Shown here piece by piece: positions 10,522-22,271 of a stretch of DNA of 64,000 nucleotides (positions are counted from its first letter, which is position 1; each line of letters starts with the position of its first letter). The notes beneath the pieces are model-generated. The model ran no database searches. It was not told where the DNA came from and worked only from the letters and a program-made list of their open reading frames with translations. A program made the translations under genes and the position numbers. Location of the stretch: NCBI GenBank assembly GCA_965215885.1, contig CBDCEW010000097.1, positions 32,001 through 96,000 of the forward strand, read 5' to 3'. The DNA comes from Candidatus Moanibacter sp. GTDB lineage: Bacteria > Verrucomicrobiota > Verrucomicrobiia > Opitutales > UBA2987.

Positions 10522-10616
10522 TATTCTTAGTAATCTTTTCACATACGAAACTCTTCCGCTTGACCCGAATGGCACTAACTTAAGGTACCGTTCCCGTGAT
10601 CACCGATGTTCCCGAA

Positions 10617-10688
10617 TCGGCCGCAAGCGACCTTCCTACAAAGACTTATCCCGGCTAGCCGGGATAGGAAGCTCGCTTGCGAGCGATT
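10617..10688. repeat. GTAG-type REP-like pair around a 20-bp perfect palindrome
   Basis: tcggccgcaagcgaccttcctac, tatcccggctagccgggata and ataggaagctcgcttgcgagcgat. Related units at 34405-34472. Confidence 0.75.
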
Positions 10689-10980
10689 CTTGCCCTAATT
10701 TATCGCCATTCCAGCTTGACCCCTCTTTCGCACTATAAGCAAAAAGAAACCGTCGTTCTCCCAACAGCCCCTTCCGTTCAGGTCCGTTCTTCCCAATTGG
10801 GGCGCTTCCTATCTTGCCTGCTTGTCTAATAAGATTGCGATGGGCGAATGAAAAGGTTCAAACTATCCGCTCTCCCTACTGATGATTAGACCCGAAAGGG
10901 CTATTGCAAGCAAAAGTACGCCCGAGCGCCCCAACCCCCCATTATTCCACCATCGGGTCAATCCATAAGAGGAGGTAACC

Positions 10981-12969
10981 ATGCCAGACGAAGGGAATAT
11001 TGAAGAGGAAGCGACGTTCGAGTCCTCCGATCTCGAGGAGTTGGCTTCGCGGGTAAAAGGCATCCTTGACATCCAGGATCGTAAATACGGGTTTCCGCCA
11101 AAGACTTACGAAAAGTGCTTTGTCGGAAATGAGGCGGTCAAGCAGTTCGTTGAGTGCGAGATCGCGAGCGATGGAGAGGATGCAGTACGAATCGGTAACA
11201 TACTTTTGAACGCCGGCCTTTTCCATCACGTCCAGTTCGCTCACCCCTTTAAAGATGAATTCCTCTTCTATCGCTTTGCTGAGGATGAAGATCACGGGAG
11301 CGTCGCCGAGAGACCGGATGGCAGCGCCGTCAGCTGGTCCGACTTTGTCTCGCCGCTTTCTGCGGACCAGGAAGGTCTGGTTTCGCTTCAGCCCAGAATT
11401 CCGGAACGAGATTCGGAATTGGCGAAACTAGCCCAGGATGACCTCGCATCCATCGGCGTATCGCCGCTGGACGAGCACAACACCAGACTTCTCGACCACA
11501 CCCATCCAAAAGAGTGGGTCAACCCGGAACCAAAGTCAAAATACAATCTGGTCGTTATCGGCGGAGGCACCGGTGGACTCGTCTCGGCCGTGTCAGGGGT
11601 CGGGGTGGGTGCTCGGGTAGGCCTGATCGAGACGCACCTATTGGGCGGAGACTGCCTCAATGTCGGCTGTGTGCCCTCTAAGGCGCTCTTGCGTTGCGCG
11701 AGAGCAGCGGTGGCAATGCGCGACTCCGGAAAGTACGGTGTTAAAATAGACGGTAAAATCTCGGTAGACTTCGGAGTGGTGATGGAGCGAATGCGCCGCA
11801 TTCGGGCCAACATCGCGCCTCACGACTCGGCTCAGCGTTACTCTCGAGAGCTCGGTGTGGATGTATTTATAGGCAAGGGAAGGTTTACTGGGGCCAACAC
11901 GGTGGAAGTCAAAGGGAAAACGTTGACCTTTTCGAGAGCGGTCATCGCTACTGGGGGAACGGCTGCCATTCCCGGAATTTCCGGTCTCCGCGAAGCCCCG
12001 TATTTGACAAATGCAAGTATCTTTAACCTGACGGAGCTGCCCGCGCGGCTCGGGGTAATTGGTGCGGGGCCTATCGGTCTCGAACTTGCCCAAGCCTTTC
12101 AGCGATTTGGATCAAAGGTCTCGGTATTCTCCCGTAGCGGAAAGATTCTGCCTAAAGAAGACCCGGAAGCGGCCGCCATCGTGGAACAGTCGTTGCGTCG
12201 CGAAGGAGTTCAGATCGAATTCAATGTGCGCTATCAACGTGTTGAGTGCGAGGCGGGTAACCCTCCTGTAACGCTGGTTCTGGAGAGTGAAGGCGGTGAA
12301 CGTCGCCTGGAATTCGATGCTCTCCTTGTGGCTGCGGGGCGTAAACCAAATGTGAAAGGACTCGGTCTCGAGGAGGCGGAGGTGGAATACGACGAACGTA
12401 TAGGTATAGTGGTAGACGACAGACTTCAGACCACAAATCCCGATATCTATGCCGTCGGCGATGTCGCCAGCCGGTATCAATTCACCCATATAGCCGATTT
12501 CATGGCTAGACTGGTCATTCGTAATGCGCTTTTCCTTGGGCGCGACAAGTTCTCAGATCTTCTCATACCCTGGGCCACCTATACCGATCCGGAAGTGGCT
12601 CATGTCGGTTTATACGAGAGAGATATGCGGGAGCGAAAGCTGGAATTTCTGACATTTGTGCGTGAGTTTTCAAAGGTCGACCGGGCGATTCTCGATGGCG
12701 AGACCGAAGGTTTCGTGAAAATTCACGTCAAGAAGGGAACGGACCAGATCCTGGGCGCTACTATTGTCGGCTCCCATGCAGGCGATCTCATCAGCGAGGT
12801 TTCTGTAGCCATACAAGGGGGCATGGGACTCGGCAAGCTGGCAAATGTTATTCACCCCTATCCGACGACCGCTGAGGCAATCAGGCAGTGTGGCGACGAA
12901 TACAACCGAACGCGTCTCACCCCAACGGTAAAGAAGATCTTCTACAGGCTAATGGCTCTCCAGCGTTGA
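10981..12969 (+). CDS. DEP-domain-fused pyridine nucleotide-disulfide oxidoreductase (MerA/LpdA-like)
   Basis: N-terminal DEP signature DRKY..KTYEKCFVGNEAV...DAVRIGNILLNAGLFHHV..HPFKD..FYRF, followed by GGGTGG, GGDCLNVGCVPSK, GAGPIG and HPYPTTAE. Confidence 0.88.
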   Translation: MPDEGNIEEEATFESSDLEELASRVKGILDIQDRKYGFPPKTYEKCFVGNEAVKQFVECEIASDGEDAVRIGNILLNAGLFHHVQFAHPFKDEFLFYRFAEDEDHGSVAERPDGSAVSWSDFVSPLSADQEGLVSLQPRIPERDSELAKLAQDDLASIGVSPLDEHNTRLLDHTHPKEWVNPEPKSKYNLVVIGGGTGGLVSAVSGVGVGARVGLIETHLLGGDCLNVGCVPSKALLRCARAAVAMRDSGKYGVKIDGKISVDFGVVMERMRRIRANIAPHDSAQRYSRELGVDVFIGKGRFTGANTVEVKGKTLTFSRAVIATGGTAAIPGISGLREAPYLTNASIFNLTELPARLGVIGAGPIGLELAQAFQRFGSKVSVFSRSGKILPKEDPEAAAIVEQSLRREGVQIEFNVRYQRVECEAGNPPVTLVLESEGGERRLEFDALLVAAGRKPNVKGLGLEEAEVEYDERIGIVVDDRLQTTNPDIYAVGDVASRYQFTHIADFMARLVIRNALFLGRDKFSDLLIPWATYTDPEVAHVGLYERDMRERKLEFLTFVREFSKVDRAILDGETEGFVKIHVKKGTDQILGATIVGSHAGDLISEVSVAIQGGMGLGKLANVIHPYPTTAEAIRQCGDEYNRTRLTPTVKKIFYRLMALQR

Positions 12970-13144
12970 TCGCAAATTCCCCGAAACGATCTTGCTTGTC
13001 GATCAATCTTCCAGACTACATGCTTTTAAAATTCAATCAAACCGCTAGGAATTTGTCGGACTTAGTATTCCTAATCCCGGCACGCCGGGAGTGACCGATC
13101 GATATTCCGACCCAGATGAGACCGACAGATTCCTTCTAGCAGCC

Positions 13145-14038
13145 ATGGCTATGACAGTGAAATCAACTCCAGGTGGCCATTTTCGAAAGGCCGTCGAGGA
13201 GGAGTTTCCTCTCCAGGTCGTCGGGGCGCCAAATGCCTATTGTGCCCTCCTCGCGGAGCGTGCAGGGTTTCGCGCCGTCTATCTCTCGGGCGCCGGAGTC
13301 GCCAATGCTTCCTTCGGCCTTCCCGATCTCGGTCTGACATCTCTTAACGACGTAGTGGCAGACGTTCGCCGCATTACCGCCATTACAGAATTGCCCTTGC
13401 TCGTCGATGCCGACACCGGCTGGAGTGACACTTCGACAATCGGCCATACCGTAGACGAGATTAACCTTGCCGGCGCCGCCGGTCTTCATATCGAGGATCA
13501 GGTAGAGGCCAAGCGGTGCGGCCATCGTCCCGGAAAAGCGTTAGTTCAGGCTGACCAGATGGTCGATCGTATAAAGGCAGCCGTCGACGCACGAAGCGAT
13601 CACGACTTTGTCATCATGGCGCGCACCGATGCCCATGCCGTTGAAGGCTTGGATAGCGCCATCGCCCGTTCGCTTCAATACCTCCAAGCAGGTGCCGATA
13701 TGATTTTTGCGGAAGCCCTCGAGAGCCTGGAAGAATACAGCCGGTTTACCCACGAGGTCCCTGCCCCCATACTGGCAAATTTGACCGAGTTCGGGAAGAC
13801 CCCTCTCTTCACCATCGAAGAACTGCGAAGAGTCGGAATCCGTCTGGTCCTCTACCCACTATCGGCGTTTCGAGCGATGAACGCCGCCGCCCAGAAGATT
13901 TACGCAACTGTACGTGACGCAGGCACGCAAAAGTCTGTTGTAGAAATGATGCAAACGCGCGATGAGCTTTATGAAATACTCAACTATCACGAATACGAGA
14001 GAAAATTGGACACCCAAATTGAGGAGGAAATTCGATGA
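13145..14038 (+). CDS. prpB: 2-methylisocitrate lyase
   Basis: YLSGAG, GLPDLG, DADTG, IEDQ..AKRCGH, ARTDA and NLTEFGKT. Start at 13145 or 13151. Confidence 0.95.
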   Translation: MAMTVKSTPGGHFRKAVEEEFPLQVVGAPNAYCALLAERAGFRAVYLSGAGVANASFGLPDLGLTSLNDVVADVRRITAITELPLLVDADTGWSDTSTIGHTVDEINLAGAAGLHIEDQVEAKRCGHRPGKALVQADQMVDRIKAAVDARSDHDFVIMARTDAHAVEGLDSAIARSLQYLQAGADMIFAEALESLEEYSRFTHEVPAPILANLTEFGKTPLFTIEELRRVGIRLVLYPLSAFRAMNAAAQKIYATVRDAGTQKSVVEMMQTRDELYEILNYHEYERKLDTQIEEEIR

Positions 14039-15168
14039 GTGCTAGAAAACTGGTCCAAATGTCAGGGGTCATCGCCGGTACCACGGATATCGCTACGGTC
14101 GGAAAAGAAGGCAGGGGTTTAACCTATCGGGGTTACTCGATTGAAGATCTGGCTGAACACTCAACTTTTGAGGAGGTCGCCTATCTGTTACTCAAAGGGC
14201 AATTGCCGCTGCAGGACGAGTTGCGCGATTATCGGTCAGAACTGAAAAGCAAACGCGGCATCCCCGAGCGTCTCAAGACTGTGCTTGAGCAATTGCCGGC
14301 TGCCACACATCCGATGGATGTTCTGCGTACCGGCTGTTCCGCCCTCGGTTGTCTCGAACCGGAGAACGGAGAGAACGACTCAATGCAAGTCGTGAACCGA
14401 CTCATGGCGTCCTTTCCGTCCATCTTGCTTTACTGGCACCACTTTAGCACAAAAGGGGTGAGGATCGAAGTTGAAACCGACGATGAATCCATCGCCTCGC
14501 ACTTTCTCCAACTGCTCCTGGGACAGGAGCCAAGCAGCGCAATCAGTCGAGCCATGGACGTCTCCCTCATCCTTTACGCCGAACATGAGTATAATGCCTC
14601 CACTTTTGCCTGCCGCATTACCTCAGCCACACAATCAGACATCTATTCCGCAATCACCAGCGGGATCGGCACGCTCAAGGGACCGCTTCACGGAGGCGCC
14701 AATGAAGCGGCCATGGAAGTCATCGAGCGCTACGAGAATGCCGACCAGGCGGAAAAGGGAATTCTTGAGGGACTAGCCCGCAAAGAAAAATTCATGGGCT
14801 TCGGGCACCCCGTCTACACGGAACGCGATCCGCGATCCGATATCATCAAATCGTGGTCCAGTATCTTGAGCGACGATGCTGAAGATAGACGACTCTATTC
14901 CGTATCGGAGCGGATTGAAGAGGTAATGCGGAGGGAGAAGCGCATGTTTCCAAATCTCGACTTTTTCAGCGCCTCCGCCTATCATTATATGGGTATACCA
15001 ATACCTATGTTCACGCCGGTTTTCGTGATTTCGAGAACCTCCGGGTGGGCCGCACACGTTTTCGAACAGCGCGCAACTGGAAAGATCATCAGGCCCAGCG
15101 CTGAATATATCGGTCCCGAGCCGCGTCATTACGTGCCCATCGAGGAGAGGTCAACCGCTTCCCACTGA
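14035..15168 (+). CDS. prpC: 2-methylcitrate synthase
   Basis: [34 protein letters not shown] and FPNLDF. ATGA overlap with prpB. Confidence 0.93.
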   Translation: MSARKLVQMSGVIAGTTDIATVGKEGRGLTYRGYSIEDLAEHSTFEEVAYLLLKGQLPLQDELRDYRSELKSKRGIPERLKTVLEQLPAATHPMDVLRTGCSALGCLEPENGENDSMQVVNRLMASFPSILLYWHHFSTKGVRIEVETDDESIASHFLQLLLGQEPSSAISRAMDVSLILYAEHEYNASTFACRITSATQSDIYSAITSGIGTLKGPLHGGANEAAMEVIERYENADQAEKGILEGLARKEKFMGFGHPVYTERDPRSDIIKSWSSILSDDAEDRRLYSVSERIEEVMRREKRMFPNLDFFSASAYHYMGIPIPMFTPVFVISRTSGWAAHVFEQRATGKIIRPSAEYIGPEPRHYVPIEERSTASH

Positions 15169-15346
15169 ATGACGTTTTTCACCTGAATTCGATCTCTCAT
15201 CAAGGGGCTTTCTTGAAGATCGATTCTTTTTTCTTTTCGGCGGAGTCCATTCCTCATGAAGTAACCCCAATGTTTCAAAAAATCGAGAAGTGACGAAGAG
15301 CACTTGTCACGGCACAGGCGTCTGAGACAATTGGGTTAATACGGCC

Positions 15347-16795
15347 ATGCCTGACGAAACATTTACTGAAGGACAATCGCCGGACGAAGTCCTCACAGAC
15401 ATCGCCGACTATGTCTGCGATTATCAGATTGAGAGTGCCCTCGCCTATAATACCGCCCGCCTCTGTCTCATGGACAGCCTTGGGTGCGCGCTCCTCGCGC
15501 TTCAACACCCGGCCTGCTCCAAGCTGCTCGGTCCCGTAGTGCCTGGTGCGGATATGCCCGGCGGCGCTCGGGTGCCGGGCACTCCCTACGAGCTCGATCC
15601 GGTTCAAGCAGCTTTCAACATCGGCTGTATGATCCGCTGGCTCGACTACAACGATACCTGGCTGGCCTCAGAATGGGGCCACCCCTCCGATAACTTCGGC
15701 GGTATTCTTGCGGCGGCGGATTTCCAGTGCAGAAAGGGGCTACGCGGAAGTGCACCGTTATTGCTTCGCGATGTGCTGTCAGCTGCCATCAAAGCATACG
15801 AAATTCAGGGAGTCATCGCTTTGGAGAACTCCTTTAATCGCGTCGGTCTCGACCATGTCCTCCTCGTGCGAATTGCCAGTACGGCGGTGGTTGTCCGCTT
15901 GTTCGGAGGCACAAAGCAGGATGTGGTCAACGCCCTCTCCAATGCCTGGATAGACGGCGGAGCCTTGCGCACCTACCGGCACGCCCCCAACACCGGCTCG
16001 CGCAAATCCTGGGCTGCCGGCGACGCTACCAGCCGGGCCGTCAGGCTCGCCCTCATGACACTTCAAGGCGAAATGGGCTATCCCACTGCTCTGAGCGCTC
16101 CCAAGTGGGGTTTCAGTGATGTTTTCCTTGAAGGTAGAGATTTACGAATGCCCAAGGGCTACGGGAGCTATGTCATGGAAAACGTCCTCTTCAAAGTGTC
16201 GTATCCGGCCGAATTTCACGCCCAAACTGCGTTGGAAGCGGCTATCCAATTACATCAAGAGGTGATCAACCGACTTGAATCTATTGAGCGCATTTCCATT
16301 GAGACACAGGAAGCGGCCATTCGCATAATCGATAAGACAGGCCCCCTCCAAAATCCGGCCGACCGGGATCACTGTCTCCAATACATAACTGCAGTTGGTC
16401 TCATCAACGGGACGCTAATGGCCGAACATTATGAGGACGAGGCAGCCCGGGACCCGCGTATCGATTCACTACGGGAGAAGATGGAAGTTACCGAAAACAG
16501 ACAATACAGCACAGACTACCTCGATCCCGAAAAACGGTCCATCCCGAACTCCCTGCAAGTGTTTTTCGCGGACGGCTCCCATACAAAGAAAATCGAAGTG
16601 GCTTACCCGATCGGACACCGTTGCCGACGCGAAGAAGCGCACCCTCTGCTCATGGAGAAATTCAGGAATTGTCTGCTTACGCGCTTTTCTCTCGAGAAGA
16701 CAGATCTTATCTTCAAACTCTGCGCCGATCCGGACCGTTTCGATAACACTGCCCTCGACAAGTTCATCGACCTGTTTGTAGCTACCGAACTGTAG
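15347..16795 (+). CDS. prpD: 2-methylcitrate dehydratase
   Basis: [41 protein letters not shown] and DRDHCLQY. Confidence 0.96.
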   Translation: MPDETFTEGQSPDEVLTDIADYVCDYQIESALAYNTARLCLMDSLGCALLALQHPACSKLLGPVVPGADMPGGARVPGTPYELDPVQAAFNIGCMIRWLDYNDTWLASEWGHPSDNFGGILAAADFQCRKGLRGSAPLLLRDVLSAAIKAYEIQGVIALENSFNRVGLDHVLLVRIASTAVVVRLFGGTKQDVVNALSNAWIDGGALRTYRHAPNTGSRKSWAAGDATSRAVRLALMTLQGEMGYPTALSAPKWGFSDVFLEGRDLRMPKGYGSYVMENVLFKVSYPAEFHAQTALEAAIQLHQEVINRLESIERISIETQEAAIRIIDKTGPLQNPADRDHCLQYITAVGLINGTLMAEHYEDEAARDPRIDSLREKMEVTENRQYSTDYLDPEKRSIPNSLQVFFADGSHTKKIEVAYPIGHRCRREEAHPLLMEKFRNCLLTRFSLEKTDLIFKLCADPDRFDNTALDKFIDLFVATEL

Positions 16796-16885
16796 AACTC
16801 TGCTACACTGTAGAGGACGCGTTGCCCGGCAACCTTGATTCCAATTTCAATCAGGCTCTTATTTAACATTTTTGTAAAATGTATG

Positions 16886-18428
16886 GGTCTACAGCAGAAT
16901 CTGTGGGTGGGTAACGTCGCTTACAAGAGGAAATAGAGTCGGTGAGCACAAGGAGAAGTCAGGGCGCTGCCCTGAATCCCGCTCCTCCACAGCCGGAGGG
17001 GCTGGTCGGTGTTTTCTTTGCATATGGGATTGAAAGGTTGAAGCACCGGGCCGTTCCGAGGATGAAAGTAGTACCGAAAATACATCCTGAACACGGAGGA
17101 CCCAGTGCTCATCAAAACGCTACTGAATCGGTGCTATTGGCTCAAGAGCTTTGTTTACGCAAAGGCGAGTATGGAAATGGTGAAATCGGAGGAGGCGATT
17201 GTGGTGCAGATTGAGCCGCGCAAGAATAGAGCGGGTGTGCTGTTCGGGGTGTGGCCGGACGGCCAGCTGGCTACGACCACATGAGCGAGGCGAGGCATTT
17301 TGAATTTGTGCCCTTGTGGGGGATGAAGGTGTATTTTCGTTACCGCATGCGGCGGGTCAATTGCCGGCGGTGCGGGGTGAAGGTCGAAGAGGTGCCCTGG
17401 GCCAAGGGCAAGAGTCATCTGAGTTGGCCAATGCAATGGTTTCTGGCCCAGTGGGCGAGGCGCTTGAGCTGGGAAGAGACGGCAAGGGTTTTTCGCACGA
17501 ACTGGCGCAACGTCTTCGAGTCGGTCGAGGCGATGGTGCGTTGGGGGCTCAAACGGCGCGATATGAGCGGGATTGAGGCGATCGGAGTCGATGAGGTGCA
17601 GTATCATCGAGGCCATCACTATCTCACCGTGGTCTACCAGCTTGACGAGGGGCGGCGGCGGCTATTGGGCGTATTCAATAAGCGCAACGTAAAATCGCTC
17701 TTGCGTTTTTTCTGGGAATTGGGAGCGCAAAAGAGCAGCCAGATCCTCTACGTCTGCTCGGATCTGTGGAAGCCTTACCTCAAAGTGATCAAGAAAAAGG
17801 CACCCCAGGCGCTGCACATCCTCGATCGCTTCCACTTGGTAGCCAACCTGAACAAGGCCCTCAATGAGATTCGTGCTGCGGAAGCCAGGCGATTGCAACG
17901 GGGCTGATCACGGCTACATCTGGTGACAAAACGCGAACCAGTTGTGGCTTGTACCCGATCACTGGATTGCGGCTGCTGATGTCAAAAGCTCAAATAGCTG
18001 TTTCTTGAAACATCCGCAAAATCTCACCCCCACCCAACAGATCCGCCTCAAGGAGGTGCTCCAATACGATCTGAAGAGCGTGCGGGCCTATCTACTAAAG
18101 GAGAGCTTTCAGCTCTTGTGGCATTATAAAAGTCCCTACTGGGCCCAATGGTATCTGAAAAAATGGTGCACGCGCGCCATGCGTTCGCGCCTCAAACCGA
18201 TCAAAAGGTTCGTGCGCTCGGTGCGCAAACGAGCCGCTCATCCTCAACTGGTTTCGGGCCAAAAAGGCCTTTTCCTGCGGCATTGTGGAGGGCTTTAACC
18301 GCAATATAAATCTCACTATCAGAAAAGCATACGGCTTTAAGAGCTTCGAAGTGCTTAAGATCGCCCTATTTCATACCATGGTCCGACTTGCCTGAACCCG
18401 AAATAACCCACAGATTCTGCTGACGAGA
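16886..18428 (+). mobile_element. ISL3-family element with degenerate transposase
   Basis: 17-bp perfect IR core cagcagaatctgtgggt (16892-16908) and its rc (18406-18422). Transposase starts at GTG 17105 (MLIKTLLNR) with IGVDE, CSDLWKPY, LDRFH and VEGFN split over frames; foreign segment near 17905-17995. Confidence 0.88.
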
Positions 18429-18502
18429 GAGGTTGCAAATGTATAATGAAGAACGCTCCAAGATCAGAAAAGCGAAGGTCGGTTACCCGTTTCGAATGGC
18501 CT

Positions 18503-20833
18503 CTATTTAATCAGGACTTCCTCTTTCTCATCACTCTCTGGTTTTTTTCCTTCTTTGCGGAGCCCACGCGAAGGAATGGCGTCCTTATGCAACTCCATGA
18601 GGACACGCTCAGGAGTCATGGGAGAGTGGAATTTGAAATCGGTATCGGGAGCAAAAGCCTTCATGGCGTTGCGAAGAGCGAAGAAGACACCGATGCCGTA
18701 CATCAGGGGTGGCTCCCCCACAGCTTTGGTGCCTAACGGTCCATACCGATTATCGACGTCCTCCAGAAACTTCACTTCCATGTCGTCCGGCATGAAGTAG
18801 ACATCCGGCGCCTTGTAGGTGGAGAGTGCATGTGATATACAGAGACCCTGCTCGTCCCACTGCAGGTCCTCCATCGTCATCCAGCCCAAACCTTGAGCGA
18901 GACCGCCCTCAACTTGGCCGAGATCGATAGTCGGATTGATGGTTCGGCCGAGATCGTGAACGATCTTGACTTGATCCACCTCATAAATACCTCGCAGGCA
19001 GTCGACCGTTACCTCAATCACCGCCGTACCGAAGACATGATAGGCAAACGGTCGACCCTTCCCTCTCTTTGAGTCGAAATAAATCCCGGGTGTCGAGTAA
19101 AACCCGTGCGCGGAAAGGCGCTTTCGCGACTGGTGCGTCTTTATCACCACATCCTCCCAGGTAAGGCTTGTTTCGGCGCCACCGTAGTAAACGCGCTCAT
19201 CTTTAATCTTTGGTGTCGAGCTGCCGCTCACTTTCAACTCCTTAATGATCACTTCTCTCATCCCTTCGAGGATGGAATTGATGGCGACGATAGTGGCGTT
19301 GCCGTTCAGATCAGTCGTAGCGCTCGCAGCGCTGGCGGACATGTTGGCGATACGGGTAGTGTTGGTGCTCTCGACTCTCACCCGCGACTCTCGGATACCG
19401 AAAGTCCGAGCAGCGATCGCCGCGATATTGCTGCTTATTCCCTGCCCCATCTCAATGCCGCCTGTGCTCACGCCCACGCTGCCGTCCTGATAGACGTGCA
19501 CTAAAGAATTGCCCTGATTGAGGAAAGTCGTGGTAAACGAGATGCCGAAGCAGACGGGCATAAGCGCGTATCCTTTCTTCTTCTCAAAATTAACCGCGTT
19601 GAACTGAGCGACCCTCTTCTTGATCTCCGCGACCCGGTAACCCTCGCTCAATTCGTCCCAAGTCCTTTCCATCCGACAACATTCGACTGCCTGGCCATAA
19701 TAGAAGTGGTCTCCCTCCCGAAGGAGGTTCCTCCGCTGAATATCCTCGGCAGGCATTCCGAGATTTTCGCCTGCCTTATTTATTGCGGACTCGATCACGA
19801 ACATCCCTTGCGGACCACCAAAACCGCGAAAGGCGGTATGGGGTTGCAGGTTGGTTCGGCAGGGCACTGCGGTAACACGAACATTGGGAATATAGTAGGC
19901 GTTAGTGCTATGCATCAGTGTTCTCTCGAGAATAGCCGGAGATAAGTCCGCAAAAGCACCGGAATTCTGATAGTGAGTCGCCTCATAAGCCAGAATCTTT
20001 CCTTCATTGGTCACACCGATCTTAAAATCCGAGGAATAGGGATGCCGCTTCCCCGTCATCTTAATGTCTTCGAGTCGATTGAGCACGAGTTCGACCGGTT
20101 TTCCCAGGAGGGTGGCACAAAGAGACGCCATCGCCGCCCAATGCGCACCTTGCTCCTCCTTACCGCCAAAGCCACCTCCAAGCCGTTTCACATCGACTTC
20201 GATCTTGTGTATAGGCTCTCCTAAAAGAGTTGAGATAGCTATTTGCAACGTAGTCGGATTCTGGGTAGAGGGGAAGACCAAGAGCCTCCCATCCTCCCTC
20301 GGAATCGCCCTCGCCCGGTGGGTTTCCAGGTAGAGATGCTCCTGGCCGCCAATGTCGCACCGGCCTTCCACTACGAGGTCGCAAAGCTTCCAAGCTGAAT
20401 CCACATTACCCATCTCGACGGTGCGTGGTGGATGAATAAAGTCTTTCCTCTTGAAGGCTTCACGCGCATCGATCACAACCGGAAGATCCTCAATCTCCAC
20501 CCGTATCATGTCCCTCGCCTTCCTCGCTAAATCCACCCTCTCGGCCACGACGATTGCGATGGGATGGCCGACAAAACAGACCTCCTTTTCCACCAGGAGC
20601 TGTTCATCCTGAAAGATTGGTCCAAAGCGATTCACGCCTGGAACATCCTTTGCCGTAAATACGGCTACCACACCTTCTGAATCCTCTGCCTCTTTAAGGT
20701 CCAGTTTCTCGATCAAGCCGTGTGCTTTCGGCGACCCGAAGACGGCCGCTTCCAGAATTCCTGTGCGAGGAGGGACGTCGTCGACAAACTGCGATTCACC
20801 TCTTACATGCAGATATGAATCAATGTGCTTCAT
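18503..20833 (-). CDS. xdhB: Xanthine dehydrogenase molybdopterin subunit
   Basis: GQEHLYLE, RLGGGFGGKE, TAFRGFGGPQG, GQVEGG and KAVGEPP. Confidence 0.94.
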   Translation of the reverse strand: MKHIDSYLHVRGESQFVDDVPPRTGILEAAVFGSPKAHGLIEKLDLKEAEDSEGVVAVFTAKDVPGVNRFGPIFQDEQLLVEKEVCFVGHPIAIVVAERVDLARKARDMIRVEIEDLPVVIDAREAFKRKDFIHPPRTVEMGNVDSAWKLCDLVVEGRCDIGGQEHLYLETHRARAIPREDGRLLVFPSTQNPTTLQIAISTLLGEPIHKIEVDVKRLGGGFGGKEEQGAHWAAMASLCATLLGKPVELVLNRLEDIKMTGKRHPYSSDFKIGVTNEGKILAYEATHYQNSGAFADLSPAILERTLMHSTNAYYIPNVRVTAVPCRTNLQPHTAFRGFGGPQGMFVIESAINKAGENLGMPAEDIQRRNLLREGDHFYYGQAVECCRMERTWDELSEGYRVAEIKKRVAQFNAVNFEKKKGYALMPVCFGISFTTTFLNQGNSLVHVYQDGSVGVSTGGIEMGQGISSNIAAIAARTFGIRESRVRVESTNTTRIANMSASAASATTDLNGNATIVAINSILEGMREVIIKELKVSGSSTPKIKDERVYYGGAETSLTWEDVVIKTHQSRKRLSAHGFYSTPGIYFDSKRGKGRPFAYHVFGTAVIEVTVDCLRGIYEVDQVKIVHDLGRTINPTIDLGQVEGGLAQGLGWMTMEDLQWDEQGLCISHALSTYKAPDVYFMPDDMEVKFLEDVDNRYGPLGTKAVGEPPLMYGIGVFFALRNAMKAFAPDTDFKFHSPMTPERVLMELHKDAIPSRGLRKEGKKPESDEKEEVLIK

Positions 20834-22271
20834 AGTAATCCCTCGCTTTGAATTCTTCCGGAAAGAGCCTTATAAAATGTGCGATCATGAGCTGCTGGGC
20901 CAAAAGGCGTTTGTATTCGGCACTCCCCCTGATATCGGTGATCGGCGAGATCTCCTCCTGGGAAATCTCAACCGCTTCCCAGACGGAATCCCAGTTCAGC
21001 GGTCGACCGATGAGATGCTCACAGGTCTTATGCAGGAACAGTGGAATCGGCGCTACGCCTCCGAGTGATAATTGTGCGTTCTCAATGAGACCGTCGTCCC
21101 TGTAAATCTTACAAGCGCTATTCACCGTTGCGATATCGAGGCAGGTCCGTTTAGATACCTTTTCAAAATTGATCTTCGTGCCTTCAGGAGGATCCGGAAA
21201 TACAATCTCCGTCAGAATCTCGTTCTCCTTTCTATCCATCTGCTTGTAGCCTTTATAGAAGGACTTCATGGGAACCGTTCGCTCCGATTTTCCATTCTTG
21301 AATCTCAGCTCGCATTCGAGAGCGAGGAGCAATGCAGTGAAATCCCCGATCGGTGAAGCATTGATGATGTTTCCCGCCAAGGTTGCACGGTTGCGAATCT
21401 GCCACGAAGCTATCAAATGATTAAAAGACTGAATATCCGGGATTATTCGCTGCACATCCGCGTGCTCACCGAATTCTTCAAATGTCGTCAGGGCGCCTAC
21501 CCGAAAAGCTCCATCATCGCGCCGGATCCCTTTCATCTCGGGGAAGAGATTAAGCACCTTAACCGGTGAATCCGGGATGCTCTCGCCTACCTGCACGTAA
21601 AGATCGGTTCCTCCAGCAATGAGATATCTTCCTGCGTTCTTCCCATTACCGGTATGCTTCCCTCCGTCACCGGGAGTTTTCCCCGCAATTCTTTTCAGAC
21701 GTGCCGGAACGTCTTTGAAATACTCCGGAATGGCTTCCGCTTTGACGAGGTCCTCGATCCGGTTTCTCGAGCCCAACCGAGGGCCCACCTCCTTATTCAA
21801 AATCTCCGCACAGTTTTTTAGCGATCGGTATCCTGTGCAGCGGCACAGATTGCCGCCCAAAGCATATTTCACGTCTTCGAGTGCAAGGCCTTTTGTATCA
21901 TCCATCAAGAGTCCGTGCAGCGATACAACGATACCTGGCGTACAATAACCGCACTGGGTCCCTCCTTCATCAACAATTGCCTGCTGCACCGGCGTAAGAT
22001 TATCCATGCGAAACCCTTCAACCGAAACGACGTGCTTGCCCTGCATCTCCCCGAGCGGAACAAGGCAGGAAGTCACAGGTTGGTAGCGAACCGAATCGCC
22101 TTCCAACTCACCGATGAGTATGGCACAGGCCCCACAATCGCCCTCTTTGCACCCCTCCTTGGTCCCTGTCAGACGCTCATTCTTGCGCAGGTAGTCCAAG
22201 ACCAGTAGACCCGCAGGGCACTCCGTCTCTACCTCTCGATCATTTAAGAGGAATCGTATGGTCTCAGACAT
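20820..22271 (-). CDS. xdhA: Xanthine dehydrogenase Fe-S/FAD subunit
   Basis: GTKEGCKEGDCGAC, QCGYCTPG, GNLCRCTGY, AGGTDL and IRNRATLAGN..NASPIGD. Confidence 0.94.
   Translation of the reverse strand: MSETIRFLLNDREVETECPAGLLVLDYLRKNERLTGTKEGCKEGDCGACAILIGELEGDSVRYQPVTSCLVPLGEMQGKHVVSVEGFRMDNLTPVQQAIVDEGGTQCGYCTPGIVVSLHGLLMDDTKGLALEDVKYALGGNLCRCTGYRSLKNCAEILNKEVGPRLGSRNRIEDLVKAEAIPEYFKDVPARLKRIAGKTPGDGGKHTGNGKNAGRYLIAGGTDLYVQVGESIPDSPVKVLNLFPEMKGIRRDDGAFRVGALTTFEEFGEHADVQRIIPDIQSFNHLIASWQIRNRATLAGNIINASPIGDFTALLLALECELRFKNGKSERTVPMKSFYKGYKQMDRKENEILTEIVFPDPPEGTKINFEKVSKRTCLDIATVNSACKIYRDDGLIENAQLSLGGVAPIPLFLHKTCEHLIGRPLNWDSVWEAVEISQEEISPITDIRGSAEYKRLLAQQLMIAHFIRLFPEEFKARDYYEAH

Noticed and set aside
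10981..12969. Mercuric reductase merA
   Set aside because: No C-terminal Cys-Cys pair, no NmerA domain and no mer operon context.
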